Assembly (NCBI GenBank): GCA_963667785.2
Contig: CAXXMU010000005.1
Coordinates: 1 to 64,000 of the forward strand
Direction: 5' to 3'
Source of the DNA: Alphaproteobacteria bacterium
GTDB taxonomy: Bacteria > Pseudomonadota > Alphaproteobacteria > UBA828
Length of the DNA stretch: 64,000 nt
Shown: in pieces, positions 1 to 9,721 of the stretch
Layout: the number at the start of each line of letters is the position of its first letter
Numbering within the stretch: position 1 is the stretch's first letter
Notes under the pieces: generated by a model
The model's input: the letters and a program-made list of their open reading frames with translations, nothing else
What the model was told of the DNA's origin: nothing
The model's database searches: none
Program-made: the position numbers and the translations under genes

Positions 1-65
1 TCTGGTGGTTCGGCCAGCGCTCGATCGAGAAGCGGCGCGCCCAGGGCGTGCCGGGGCTGAAGTGA
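1..65 (+). CDS. 3' end of putative holin-like membrane protein
   Basis: Frame reads WWFGQRSIEKRRAQGVPGLK-stop; WWFGxR resembles 3TM holin C-termini; lysis-module position. Confidence 0.4.
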   Translation, partial: WWFGQRSIEKRRAQGVPGLK

Positions 66-91
66 GCGCCGCCGGGGGGGGCTGATCCGGC

Positions 92-503
92 ATGGCCATT
101 CCTGACGGCGACGCCTGGCAGGCGTTCGCCAGCTTCGGGGGCGTGATCGTCTTCCTCGGCGCCGTCGTGGTCGCGCTCCGGCGCCTCGGCGTCATGGGCA
201 CGCGGCCCGGCGCCGGCGCCCAAGCCGGCCGCCCAAACGACAGCCCCGGCCTCCGCATCGGAGTCGGACCTCACCGATATCAAGGAGGGCATAGCCGACG
301 TCAAGGAGCGCCTCGCGCGCGTGGAAACCAAGCTCGAATCCCGCAGCGTCGACCACCTTTGGAAGGAACATCGCAAGGTGGAGACGATCGCCAACGAGAA
401 CCGCACCGCCCTGGCCAAGCAGGAAGGGGTGCTGGAGGAGCTGCGCCCGCTCTTGCGATCGCTCAACGAGTATCTCACCCGCGGGAAGGGGGAGGCTGAA
501 TGA
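92..503 (+). pseudogene. DUF2730-like membrane/coiled-coil phage protein split by a 1-nt frameshift
   Basis: N-terminal TM in frame of 92; removing one C at 206-208 joins PAPAPKPAAQ...DLTDIKEGIADVKERLARVETK to ORF 321-503. Confidence 0.6.
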
Positions 504-802
504 CGTCGTGGGCGCAATGGGAAGAGGAGCGCTGCCGGCTCGACTGCCTGCGCCTGCTCGACGAGCTCCCCGCCTATTCGGCAAACCACCGCACGCTCGC
601 CGCCGCGTTGCAAACCCGCGGCCACAACCCCTCCGCCGACGCCCTGGCCGACACCCTCAACTGGCTCGCGGCGCGCGGCCTCCTGGAGACCCGCGAGGAG
701 GCCGGGTACGTCGTGGCGCGGCTGACCGATCGCGGCGCCGACGTCGCGGCCGGGCGCGAGACCGTGCCCGGCGTGGCGCGGCCGATGCCGGGCGATGGCT
801 GA
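500..802 (+). CDS. Mu gp26-like winged-helix protein
   Basis: 100 aa, LNWLAARGLL...ARLTDRGADVAAGR..VPGV pattern; precedes terminase small subunit. Confidence 0.75.
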   Translation: MTSWAQWEEERCRLDCLRLLDELPAYSANHRTLAAALQTRGHNPSADALADTLNWLAARGLLETREEAGYVVARLTDRGADVAAGRETVPGVARPMPGDG

Positions 803-1361
803 CCCCGGCCGGGTGACGCGCGGCCGCATGGGCCGCGTCGACCAGCTCCGCGAGACTCTGCGCGACGCGATCCACAAGTCGCTGCGTGCCGGCGTGCCGC
901 AGAAGACGATCCTCCAGGAAGTGAACGCGGCGCTGGCGGAGAGCGGCGGCCAGCCGATCAGCGCGGCGAGCCTCAACCGCTATGTCAACCGCCCGGCGAT
1001 CCGCGCCTTGGCCGAGCGCGCGCGGATCGCATGCGAGATCGGCGACGCGATCGCCCGCTCGGCCGAGGAGGGCGGCGGCACCAACCTCGACCGGGGGCTC
1101 GTGCAGGCGGGGCAGACCCTTGCCATGGAGGCGCTGGCCGAGATCGACTGGGACGGGTTCGAGCCCGAGGACCGCGTGAAGATGGTCGCCAATTTCGGGC
1201 TGGCCGTTCGACGCTTCGCGGCGAGCGCCGCCGTCACCGATGCCCGCGAGCGTGCGATCCGCGCGGAGGTCGCCGAGAGGGTGACGGAGGAAGCGAAGCG
1301 CCAGGGGCTGTCGCCCGACACCGCTGCGGCCATCCGCGCGGCGATCGAGGGCGCGTCATGA
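795..1361 (+). CDS. Terminase small subunit (Mu gp27/DUF3486-like)
   Basis: GRMGRVDQL, ISAASLNRY, GLSPDTAAAIR motifs; position. Confidence 0.75.
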   Translation: MADPGRVTRGRMGRVDQLRETLRDAIHKSLRAGVPQKTILQEVNAALAESGGQPISAASLNRYVNRPAIRALAERARIACEIGDAIARSAEEGGGTNLDRGLVQAGQTLAMEALAEIDWDGFEPEDRVKMVANFGLAVRRFAASAAVTDARERAIRAEVAERVTEEAKRQGLSPDTAAAIRAAIEGAS

Positions 1362-2767
1362 TAGCGCCTATGGGCCTGCTGCCCTATCAGGTGTCTTGGG
1401 TGCGGGACCGGACGCCGCTCAAGGTGTACCGGAAGAGCCGGCGGATCGGCATCAGCTGGAGCGAGGCCTACGCGGCGGTGATGCACGCCGCAGAGGATCG
1501 AGGCACGGTCCGGTACCTCTCTTTCCGAAAGGACATCACGCGGCAATTCATCGACGATTGCGCATATTGGGTGGGCGTCGCGAACGCCGCGGCCGGCGAG
1601 GTCGGCGAGCATGTCGTGCATGACGAGGACGACGATATCCACGTCTTCGACATCCGATTCGCAAATGGCCGCCGGATCGAGGCGCTCTCCAACGCGCCCG
1701 CCGGGTTCCGCAGCGGCGGCAAGGCCGGTGATTGGGCCATCGTCGACGAGGCGGAGTTCGTGAAGAACGTCGAGGACGTGCTCGCGTCCGCTCTCGCCTA
1801 TCTGATCTGGGGCGGAGAGGTGCACATCATCTCGTCGGTCGATATCGACGGATCCGAGTTCGATCGCCTGTGCAAGGACGTCCGCGAGGGGCGCAAGCCG
1901 GGCTCGCTGCATGACACGACGTTCCGCGACGCTATCGACCAAGGGCTTTACCGGCGGATATGCGCGGCGGCCGCGCGCCACTGGACGGAGGGGGGCGAGG
2001 CCGCCTGGGAGGCCGGTGTTCGCGCCACTTACGGCGAGCGCGCCGCGCAGGAGCTCGATTGCCTCACGCGCAGCGGCGACGAATTCTGGCTCTCCTGGAA
2101 GCTCATCCATGACGCCGAGCACGAGGACGCCGGCCGGCCCGAGCTGGCCGGCGGTGGCGCGACCTGGCTGGGCGTCGATATCGCCGCGAGGCGCAACCTC
2201 TGGGCGGCGGCCGATCTCGAGCAGGTCGGCGACGTCCTGTGGACGCGGCAGATCGCCGAGCTGCGCCCGGCGCCGCTGCGCCAGCAGCTCGCGACGCTGC
2301 GGACGATGCTGGCCGGCCGGCGCCTGGTCCGGCTCGCAGCCGACCAGACCGGCATGGGGGAATTCGCGGTCGAGGCCTACGCGGACGAATGGGGATCGTG
2401 CGTCGAAGGCGTCCTACTGTCCTCGCCCCGCCGCCTCGCCGTTGCGACCGCGCTGAAAGCCACCATGGAGGATCGTCGGCTGCGCATTCCGGTGTCGGAA
2501 AAGCTGCGGACCGATCTGCGCTCGATCCGGACCGAGCAGGGCGCCACGGGCGCCCCGCGGCTGGTGGGACATACCTCCAGCGACGATAGCCATGGAGACC
2601 GCTTCTGGGCGCTGGCGCTGGCCTGCGCCGCCGCTGCGGAACGGGTCGAGCGCTTCGGGCTTCACCGGATCGACAACCACCGCCAGCCCTCGCCCTCGTC
2701 GCGCCAGCCCACCGGGCGGCGGGGCAACGCGCCCTCGATGCGCTGGCAGCCGGGCGGGCTCGCGTGA
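1358..2767 (+). CDS. Terminase large subunit (Mu gp28-like)
   Basis: LLPYQ..W, KSRRIGISW Walker A variant, AIVDEA Walker B, LGVDIA, DQTGMG, HGDRFWALALA; ATG 1358 overlaps upstream stop. Confidence 0.92.
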   Translation: MIAPMGLLPYQVSWVRDRTPLKVYRKSRRIGISWSEAYAAVMHAAEDRGTVRYLSFRKDITRQFIDDCAYWVGVANAAAGEVGEHVVHDEDDDIHVFDIRFANGRRIEALSNAPAGFRSGGKAGDWAIVDEAEFVKNVEDVLASALAYLIWGGEVHIISSVDIDGSEFDRLCKDVREGRKPGSLHDTTFRDAIDQGLYRRICAAAARHWTEGGEAAWEAGVRATYGERAAQELDCLTRSGDEFWLSWKLIHDAEHEDAGRPELAGGGATWLGVDIAARRNLWAAADLEQVGDVLWTRQIAELRPAPLRQQLATLRTMLAGRRLVRLAADQTGMGEFAVEAYADEWGSCVEGVLLSSPRRLAVATALKATMEDRRLRIPVSEKLRTDLRSIRTEQGATGAPRLVGHTSSDDSHGDRFWALALACAAAAERVERFGLHRIDNHRQPSPSSRQPTGRRGNAPSMRWQPGGLA

Positions 2768-4380
2768 TCGCCGAATCCTACGAGCTGCTCGCCCGGGGCG
2801 TGCAGGCGCTGGCGGCCGCCCTGGCGCCCCGGCGCGATCTCGGCCGGCGCACCGCGGCGCCCTCCGTCGTGGGGCTGCGGCGCGCCCAGCAGTGGCGCTC
2901 GGTCGTCACCACGCTCACGCCGGAGCGCCTGCGCTCGATCTATCTGCAGGTCGCCCAGGGCGCCTGGTGCCCGGACTTCTTCGAGCTCGCGGAAGAGATC
3001 GAGGAGCGGGACGCGCACTACCGCGGCGTGCTGCAGCAGCGCCGCCTCCGCGCCGCCTCCGCGCCCGTGGACGTGCTGCCGGCGTCGGATGACGACGCCG
3101 ACGTGGAGCTCGCCGACGAGGTGCGCGAGCGGGTGATGCAGGGGCCGGGCTGGCACGACATGCTGCTCGACCTGCTGGACGGCATCGGCAAGGGCGTCTC
3201 CTGCCAGGAGATCGTCTGGGCCCGGCAGGGCGATCGCTGGGTCCCGGCGGCCTACCACCGGATCGATCCGCGCTGGCTGGTGTTCTCGGCCGAGGACGGC
3301 GAGACGCCGCTCCTGCTCCGCGACGAGCCCGGCGCGGGCTCCGGCACCGGCGGCTGGGACGGCAACGCGGACCCGCTGGCGGCGGGCAAGTTCGTCTACC
3401 ACCGCCACCGCTCCAAGAGCGGGCTGCCCGTCCGGGGCGGCCTCGCCTACGTCGCGGCCACCATGTGGCTGCTGAAGTCGACGGCGATCCGCGACTGGTG
3501 GGCCTATGGCGAGGTGTTCGGCATTCCCGTGCGCGTCGGCAAGTACGGCCCCAACGCCACCGACGAGGACATCCAGACCCTGGTCGAGGCGATCGCGGCG
3601 CTGGCGTCGGACGCCGGCGCCACCATCCCCGACACGATGCAGATCGAGTTCATCCAGGCGGCGCGGAGCGGCGGATCGTCGGACTCGCTCTTCCCGGCCC
3701 AGGCGCGCTGGTGCGACGAGCAGGTGTCGAAGGCCGTGGTGGGCCAGACCATGACCGCCGACGACGGCTCGAGCCTGAGCCAGGCGCAGGTGCACGCCGA
3801 CGTCCGGGACGACCTGGTCGGGGACGACGTGCGCCAGATGTGCGAGACGATCACCGCCGCCGTCATCGCGCCGTACTGCGAGCTGAACTTCGCCCCGCGC
3901 CCGGCCGGCTGGCCGCGCCTGGCGCTCCCGCCTCGCGAAGAGGCGCTCGAGATGGCCGCCGTGGCGGAGGGCGCCCGCGTCGGCCTGCTGATCCCCCAGA
4001 CCTGGGTGCGGGGCCGCATGGGCATCCCCGAGCCCAAGGAAGGCGAGCCGGTCCTCACCGGCCTCCCGGCCGGCCAGGCGGCGGCGGAGCCGCCCGAAGA
4101 GGGCGACGAGCCTGAGGACGATGACGGCGGGGAGGAGGAGCCGCCCGCGCCCAACGTCGCGCTGAGCGCGGCCGAGGCGATCGACGCGGCGCTGGAGGCC
4201 GGCGGCGGCTGGGACGTGCTCGCGGACGACCTGATCGGGCCGGTGGCGGACGCGCTCGAGGCGGCGCAGGACGCCGATTCGTTCCTGGCGCTTCTCGCCG
4301 AAGCCGGCACCCCGGAGCGCCTCGGGCGCGACCTGGCCCACCGGCTCTTCCGGGCCAGGGTGGACGGCGAGACCGGCTGA
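2764..4380 (+). CDS. Portal protein (Mu gp29/DUF935)
   Basis: EEIEERDAHY, DGIGKGVSCQEIVW, FGIPVRVGKY, VSKAVVGQTMT. Confidence 0.92.
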   Translation: MIAESYELLARGVQALAAALAPRRDLGRRTAAPSVVGLRRAQQWRSVVTTLTPERLRSIYLQVAQGAWCPDFFELAEEIEERDAHYRGVLQQRRLRAASAPVDVLPASDDDADVELADEVRERVMQGPGWHDMLLDLLDGIGKGVSCQEIVWARQGDRWVPAAYHRIDPRWLVFSAEDGETPLLLRDEPGAGSGTGGWDGNADPLAAGKFVYHRHRSKSGLPVRGGLAYVAATMWLLKSTAIRDWWAYGEVFGIPVRVGKYGPNATDEDIQTLVEAIAALASDAGATIPDTMQIEFIQAARSGGSSDSLFPAQARWCDEQVSKAVVGQTMTADDGSSLSQAQVHADVRDDLVGDDVRQMCETITAAVIAPYCELNFAPRPAGWPRLALPPREEALEMAAVAEGARVGLLIPQTWVRGRMGIPEPKEGEPVLTGLPAGQAAAEPPEEGDEPEDDDGGEEEPPAPNVALSAAEAIDAALEAGGGWDVLADDLIGPVADALEAAQDADSFLALLAEAGTPERLGRDLAHRLFRARVDGETG

Positions 4381-4381
4381 G

Positions 4382-5509
4382 ATGGCCCGCCCCTTCGGGG
4401 TTCTGCCGAAGGCGGCGCTCCGCTACCTGCGCGGCAAGGGCCTCAAGACCAGCCGCCACTGGACCGACGTCTTTCGCGAGGAGCATGCCGTGGGGTTCAC
4501 GGCGGCGCGGATGACGCGCCTCTCCCTCATCCAAGAGACGCACCGGGAGCTGGTGAAGGCGCTCGAGGCGGGCGAGACCATGGAGACTTTCCGCTCCCGC
4601 CTGCGGCCCTTCCTGGAGCGGCGCGGCTGGGCGCGCGACATCGCCGAGGCGCCGCGCGGCGGCGACATCCCGACGCGGCTGAAGCGGATCTACCAGGCCA
4701 ACATGCGCACCTCGCGGGCGGCCGGCCAGTGGGACCGCATCCAGCGCACCAAGCAGCTGATGCCCTTCCTGGTCTACGAGCTCGGCCCGAGCCGGGACCA
4801 CCGTCCGGAGCACGAGGCCTGGGCCGGAACCTGCCTGCCGGTCGACCATCCCTTCTGGCGGCGCGCCATGCCGCCCAACGGCTGGGGCTGCAAGTGCCGG
4901 GTCCGCCAGATCACGCGGGCCGAGCGCGACCGCCTGGTGAAGGAGGGCAAGGTCACGACCGAGGCGCCCAGGCTGCGCACGCGCGAGTGGACCAACCCCG
5001 TGACCGGCGAGGTCCACCAGGTGCCGGTCGGGATGGACCCCGGCTGGGACACCAACCCCGGCTACGAGCGGGCGAAGGGCGTCTCCGAGGCCGGGCTCGA
5101 CCGCCTCGATTCGGTGCTGGACGACATGGGCGCGGACCAGGGCGGCCGCTGGGGACGGCGCTATACCCGGGAGCTGATGTCGGGCGGCTCGTTCAAGCGC
5201 TTCGTCCGCTACCCCCGCAAGGGCGAGGTCATGCCGATCGGCGTGCTCCCGGCGCGCCCGGAGGGCGTGCGGAGCCGGCTGCTGACGCTGCAGGGCTTCG
5301 CCGCCCGCAAGCCGCATGGCGGCAAGAGGCTCAGGGCGGCCGCCTGGCTCCTGGCGCAGCGGATCATGGACGCGGCCGGCGCGCCCGCCGCCGCCGGCAA
5401 GCCCGGCCGCTGGCGCTGGGACGCGACGGTCGACGGAAAGCGCTACCGGCTGGTGACGCAGGAGCGGGACGGGCGGCTCACCGTGGTGACGATGCACGAG
5501 AGGACGTAG
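4382..5509 (+). CDS. Head morphogenesis protein MuF (gp30)
   Basis: RLKRIYQANMRTSRAAGQW, HRPEHEAW, PPNGWGCKCRV, DPGWDTNPG. Confidence 0.9.
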   Translation: MARPFGVLPKAALRYLRGKGLKTSRHWTDVFREEHAVGFTAARMTRLSLIQETHRELVKALEAGETMETFRSRLRPFLERRGWARDIAEAPRGGDIPTRLKRIYQANMRTSRAAGQWDRIQRTKQLMPFLVYELGPSRDHRPEHEAWAGTCLPVDHPFWRRAMPPNGWGCKCRVRQITRAERDRLVKEGKVTTEAPRLRTREWTNPVTGEVHQVPVGMDPGWDTNPGYERAKGVSEAGLDRLDSVLDDMGADQGGRWGRRYTRELMSGGSFKRFVRYPRKGEVMPIGVLPARPEGVRSRLLTLQGFAARKPHGGKRLRAAAWLLAQRIMDAAGAPAAAGKPGRWRWDATVDGKRYRLVTQERDGRLTVVTMHERT

Positions 5510-5766
5510 CGCCGGGCCGGGGCACCCCGACCCCGCGAGGCCTTGTCCCGACTGGCATGCCAACGGTTCGCGCGCCGAAGCGCGCAGTGCGGTCCAGGTC
5601 CGCTCAAGAGGCTCGGTTTCCTGGCATCGGAGCCCGGCGCTACGGGGCCAGCATGGTGGGCCGGCGCCCTCCGGTCAACATCTCGGTTTTGGAACAAAAC
5701 GTCTCCCGATCCCGGTGTAGGCTCTGCGCCCATGAACTCGCGCACCCCGCAACCTCGGTAGGCGTC

Positions 5767-6747
5767 ATGGACCCGGAAGCTCAAGTCGCCCTCTCTCCCC
5801 TCGTGCTCGCGTTGAACCTGGCGGCGATGGCCGGCGACGACGCGGCACCCCTCACCACCGAGGTGATTCCACCTCCCAACGGAGACGGCATCATCCAGGG
5901 CCGCGACGGCCGGCGCTACCGGATCGCGGACACGGCCGCGCTCGCGGCGCGGATCAACGCCCAGCAGGTGGTGCCGCGCCTCGACTTCGACCACCGGAGC
6001 GAGCGCAGCTCGCCCACCTTCTCCGGCAGCACGGCGGCCGACGGGTGGCTGAAGAACGCGCGCCCCAACGCGCGGGGCGGCATCGATGCGGACCTCGACC
6101 TGAACGCCTGGGCGGCGATGAACCTGCGGTCCGGGTCCTACCGCTACCTGTCGCCGGCGCTCCTGCACCGCACCGACATGGAGGTCACCGGCCTCTCGTC
6201 GGTCGCTTTCGTGAACGACCCCAACTTCAACCTGCCGGCGCCCACCATCCACAGCGCCGGCCCGGGCGCAGAGGGCGCCCCGGACGCGGGCGAGCGCGAG
6301 AAGGCGCTCGAGGCGCGCGAGAAGGCGGCAGACGAGCGGGCGCTGAACGCGGCGACGCGGGCCGTCGAGGCGGCGGCGGCCGACGGGAAGATCCCGGCGG
6401 CCGCCAAGGACGCCCACATCGAGACGATCAAGTCGCACAGGGACGGCATCGATGCCGGGCTGAACGCCTTCGAGAAGCTGATCGCGGCCTCGGCCGAGGC
6501 GGCGCCCGGCGGCGGGGGCGCAGGCGGCCTCGACGCCGACGCGCTCAAGACGCTGGGCACGCGGGTCGGGCCGGCCGGCGCGCCGAACGCCGGCGCCGGC
6601 GCGAACGCGACCTTCCCGGCCCCGGCGGGAACGCAGCCGCCCGAGGCGGAGCGGCTCTCGCTCCACCAGAAGATCGCCGACTACGCGCGCCAGAACGGTG
6701 TGAGCTACCGCGACGCGGTGCTCCACTTCGGCGCGATGGGGCACTGA
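5767..6747 (+). CDS. Mu gpI-like prohead protease/scaffold
   Basis: GRDGR, LDFDH, AADGWL, YRYLSP, AFVNDPN; true start probably ATG 5767 inside ORF 4729-6747. Confidence 0.85.
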   Translation: MDPEAQVALSPLVLALNLAAMAGDDAAPLTTEVIPPPNGDGIIQGRDGRRYRIADTAALAARINAQQVVPRLDFDHRSERSSPTFSGSTAADGWLKNARPNARGGIDADLDLNAWAAMNLRSGSYRYLSPALLHRTDMEVTGLSSVAFVNDPNFNLPAPTIHSAGPGAEGAPDAGEREKALEAREKAADERALNAATRAVEAAAADGKIPAAAKDAHIETIKSHRDGIDAGLNAFEKLIAASAEAAPGGGGAGGLDADALKTLGTRVGPAGAPNAGAGANATFPAPAGTQPPEAERLSLHQKIADYARQNGVSYRDAVLHFGAMGH

Positions 6748-6750
6748 GCC

Positions 6751-7128
6751 ATGTCCGGGATCGTCGCCGACACGGTAACGTCGCAGCCGCTCCTCACCGT
6801 CACGGCCGAGGCCTCCGGCGCCACCGACAAGTTCCGCCGCTTCGTCCTCGCGGACGGCACCCGCTCGGTCGAGGGCAAGCGGCCGCTCGGCGTCTGCCGC
6901 GTCAAGTCGTCAACCGACGGCGACCTGATCCCCGTGGACGTGGCCGGCATCGTCCTGGTCGAGGCCGGCGCCGCGATCGCGCTCGCCGACGGCGAGAAGA
7001 AAGTGCAGTCCGACGCCCAGGGGCGGGCGGTCGCCGCCGCCGGCGCCAACCCCGTCGCCGGCGTCGTCCTCGCCGCCGCCGCCGCGGCCGGCGACATCGT
7101 TCCCATCCTGCTGGCGGGAGGCCCCTGA
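6751..7128 (+). CDS. Capsid cement/decoration protein (DUF2190-like)
   Basis: 125 aa, LGV..GD.IPVDVAGIVLVEAGAAI...SDAQGRAV...AAAAGDIV. Confidence 0.75.
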   Translation: MSGIVADTVTSQPLLTVTAEASGATDKFRRFVLADGTRSVEGKRPLGVCRVKSSTDGDLIPVDVAGIVLVEAGAAIALADGEKKVQSDAQGRAVAAAGANPVAGVVLAAAAAAGDIVPILLAGGP

Positions 7129-7130
7129 TC

Positions 7131-8105
7131 GTGGACCCTGACGTGCACATCGCCCTGAACGCAGCCGACGGGCAGCAGCTCTCGAACCCGGCCGCGCGGG
7201 TCATCGACCCGATCCTGACCACGGCCGCGCGGGGCTACGTGAACGCCCAGCTCGTCTACCGCGCCCTCTTCCCCCAGGTCACCACGAGCGCCCGCGGCGG
7301 CGTGCGGATCGAGTTCGACCGCACCGACTTCCGCAAGGTCAACACCCGCCGCGCGCCGGGCGCCACCACCCAGGACATCCAGTTCGGCCATGAGGGCAAG
7401 AAGTTCGCCCTCACCCAGCACCGGCTGATGGGCAAGGTGCCGGTGGAGACGGCCGAGGAGGCCATGACGGTCGCCGGGATCGACATGGGCATGCGCACGG
7501 TGACCGGCGTGCAGAACATCATCGGGCTCGAGCGCGAGATCCAGGCGGCCGAGCTCGCCACCGCGTCCGCCACCTACGACGCGACCCACGTGGTCACCCT
7601 CGCCGGCAACAGCCAGTGGAGCGACGGGAACTCGACGCCCACCGCCAACGTCATGACCGCCATCGAGGCGATCCGCTCGGCGACGGGCATGCGGCCGAAC
7701 ACGGTCGTCATGGGCGGCGCCGTCTACTCGAAGATCCGCACGCACAAGGAAGTGCTGCAGCAGATCCGCTACGACGGCGGCAAGCAGATCGCGACCAGGG
7801 ACGACCTGGCGCGGCTCTGGGACATCGAGCGCGTCTTCGTCGGCGACGCGATCTACGTCGACGACGACGACAGCCCCAGCGACGTCTGGGGCAAGGACGT
7901 GGTGATCGCCTACTCCGCGGTCGGCTCGATCTCCCGCTACGAGCCCTCCTACGGCTACGGCTACAACCTCTCCGGCACGCCGATGGTCGAGCAGGCCTAC
8001 TACGACCGGGACAAGAACTCCTGGCTCTACCCGGTGACGGAGGAGTGGACCAACGAGGTGGTCGGCAAGGACGCCGGCTACCTGATCAAGGCGGCCATCG
8101 CCTGA
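7131..8105 (+). CDS. Major capsid protein
   Basis: ARVIDPILTTAARGY, RAPGA, GMRPNTVVMG, VWGKDVVIAY, PSYGY, AGYLIK; GTG start 7131. Confidence 0.85.
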   Translation: MDPDVHIALNAADGQQLSNPAARVIDPILTTAARGYVNAQLVYRALFPQVTTSARGGVRIEFDRTDFRKVNTRRAPGATTQDIQFGHEGKKFALTQHRLMGKVPVETAEEAMTVAGIDMGMRTVTGVQNIIGLEREIQAAELATASATYDATHVVTLAGNSQWSDGNSTPTANVMTAIEAIRSATGMRPNTVVMGGAVYSKIRTHKEVLQQIRYDGGKQIATRDDLARLWDIERVFVGDAIYVDDDDSPSDVWGKDVVIAYSAVGSISRYEPSYGYGYNLSGTPMVEQAYYDRDKNSWLYPVTEEWTNEVVGKDAGYLIKAAIA

Positions 8106-8458
8106 TGACGGACAAAGCCCCCGAGAGCCGCCTCCTCACAGCGATCACCAACGTCCACCTCGACGGGGCGGCGCACGCTCCCGGCGCGGTCTTCGATGCC
8201 CCGGAGGAGATCGCGGCGCAGCTGATCTCCCTCGGCGCCGCCCGCCACGCCGAGGAGGGCGACGGCGTCGACCTCGAGCGCGTGAACGGGATCGGCCCGA
8301 AGACGGCCGACGCCCTGCGCGAGGCGGGCGTGCCCGACCTCGAGCGCCTGGCCGACGTCCCCGACGAGGCGCTGCCCGCCCTCGGCGGGATCGTGAAGAA
8401 GGACGCCGACGCCGTCCGCGCCTGGCGCGCCGAGGCGCGGGAGCTGCTGTCGCAATGA
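8105..8458 (+). CDS. Small head-associated protein with helix-hairpin-helix motif
   Basis: HLDG..HAPGAVF N-terminus plus LERVNGIGPKTADAL HhH. Confidence 0.65.
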   Translation: MTDKAPESRLLTAITNVHLDGAAHAPGAVFDAPEEIAAQLISLGAARHAEEGDGVDLERVNGIGPKTADALREAGVPDLERLADVPDEALPALGGIVKKDADAVRAWRAEARELLSQ

Positions 8459-8754
8459 CGCGCTGGCGCGTCGCTCCCGCCGGCCCCGCCGCCGTCGATA
8501 CCTGCGGCCTGCACATCCCGCCCGGCGGGATCGAGCGGGAGCTGGACGCGGACACCCTCCGGCTGCTCTCCGGAGACGCCCGCGTGACGGTGGAGGAGGC
8601 CGCCCCGGAGGCCCGGGAGGAGGCGCAGGCCGCCCAGGAGGCCCAGGAGGAGGCGCAGGCCGCCCAGGAGGCCCAGGAGGAGGCGCAGGCCGCCCAGGAG
8701 GCCCAGGAGGCCGCCAGGGCCGCTCCCGCGAAGACGCGAGCCAAGCCCCGCTGA
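8455..8754 (+). CDS. Mu gp35/HI1506-like protein with EAQ tandem repeats
   Basis: CGLHIP...LRLLSGDARVTVEE then (EEAQAAQEAQ)x3; position after capsid. Confidence 0.55.
   Translation: MTRWRVAPAGPAAVDTCGLHIPPGGIERELDADTLRLLSGDARVTVEEAAPEAREEAQAAQEAQEEAQAAQEAQEEAQAAQEAQEAARAAPAKTRAKPR
8611..8710 (+). repeat. 30-bp coding tandem repeat, about 3.3 copies
   Basis: gcccaggaggaggcgcaggccgcccaggag at 8611 (1 mismatch), 8641, 8671, partial 8701. Confidence 0.95.
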
Positions 8755-8765
8755 CCGGTGCCGCC

Positions 8766-9215
8766 GTGGGCACCGTCTACCTCACACCGGAGCGGCTCGC
8801 GGCCATCATCGGCGAGAGGAGCCTGGTCGTCGCCGCGCCGAATCCCGACGACGCGAAGGGGTACGACGCCGCCACGGTCTCGACCGCGATCGGCGCCGTC
8901 TCCGACATGGTCGACGCGCGGCTCCGGACCCGCTACGGCATCCCCCTCGACGACGTGCCGGAGTTCCTCAGCCGCGCCGTGGCGCGCCTCGTGCATCTGG
9001 AGCTCGTCGACGCCACCGCGTGGACGGAGCTGATCGAGAACCGCGCCGTGGAGGCGCGGAAGATCGTGGACGGACTCGCGAGCGGCAAGCTGCAGATCGG
9101 CGCCGATCTCGACGGGGACGGCACCCCGAACGAGCGCACCACCCACGGCCGCGCGGTGGTGAGCGCGCCGGCGGAGCGCATCTTCCGCCGCCGCGACACC
9201 CGCGGGATCGTCTGA
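8766..9215 (+). CDS. Head-tail adaptor (Mu gp36/DUF1320-like)
   Basis: YLTPERL, VDARLRTRYGIPL..VPEFL, ASGKLQIG. Confidence 0.8.
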   Translation: MGTVYLTPERLAAIIGERSLVVAAPNPDDAKGYDAATVSTAIGAVSDMVDARLRTRYGIPLDDVPEFLSRAVARLVHLELVDATAWTELIENRAVEARKIVDGLASGKLQIGADLDGDGTPNERTTHGRAVVSAPAERIFRRRDTRGIV

Positions 9216-9721
9216 TGGCGCGGGGCGCCTCCGTCACGATCGACGCCGGCGAGGTCACGGCGCTCGCGCGCCGCCTGCGGGCGGCCGCTGCGGCGCCCAC
9301 GGCCCCGCTGATGGAGGCGCTCGCGGCCGCCGGCGAGAGCGCCACCAGGGCGCGGCTCGCCGCAGGCGGCCCCGCGCCGGACGGCAGCGACTGGCCTGCG
9401 CGCAACCCGGCCTACGTCAACCCCGCTCCGATGCTCAACCGCGAGGGCGGCCTGGTCGATTCCCTCGCGAGCGAGGCGGCGGCGGATTCGGCCGCGTGGG
9501 GCTCCAACCTGATCTACGCCCGCATCCACCAGCTCGGCGGGACCATCGTGCCGAAGCAGGCCGACGCGCTGCGGTTCATGCTGGGCGAGGAGATGGTCAC
9601 GGCGAAGTCGGTCACGATCCCGGCGCGGCCCTATCTCGGCTGGGGCGCGGACGAGGTGCGCATGGCCGAGGACGTCCTGGAGGCGTGGCTCGACCAGGCC
9701 CTGGGGAGCGGCGGCGGATGA
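9215..9721 (+). CDS. Virion morphogenesis/tail completion protein (Mu gpG/P2 gpS-like)
   Basis: PDGSDW, GSNLIYARIHQLGG, VTIPARPYLG. Confidence 0.88.
   Translation: MARGASVTIDAGEVTALARRLRAAAAAPTAPLMEALAAAGESATRARLAAGGPAPDGSDWPARNPAYVNPAPMLNREGGLVDSLASEAAADSAAWGSNLIYARIHQLGGTIVPKQADALRFMLGEEMVTAKSVTIPARPYLGWGADEVRMAEDVLEAWLDQALGSGGG

Noticed and set aside
4729-5766. N-terminal extensions of ORFs 4729-6747, 6045-8105, 10656-13241 and 1031-2767
   Set aside because: They overlap real upstream genes; downstream starts fit family lengths and coupling
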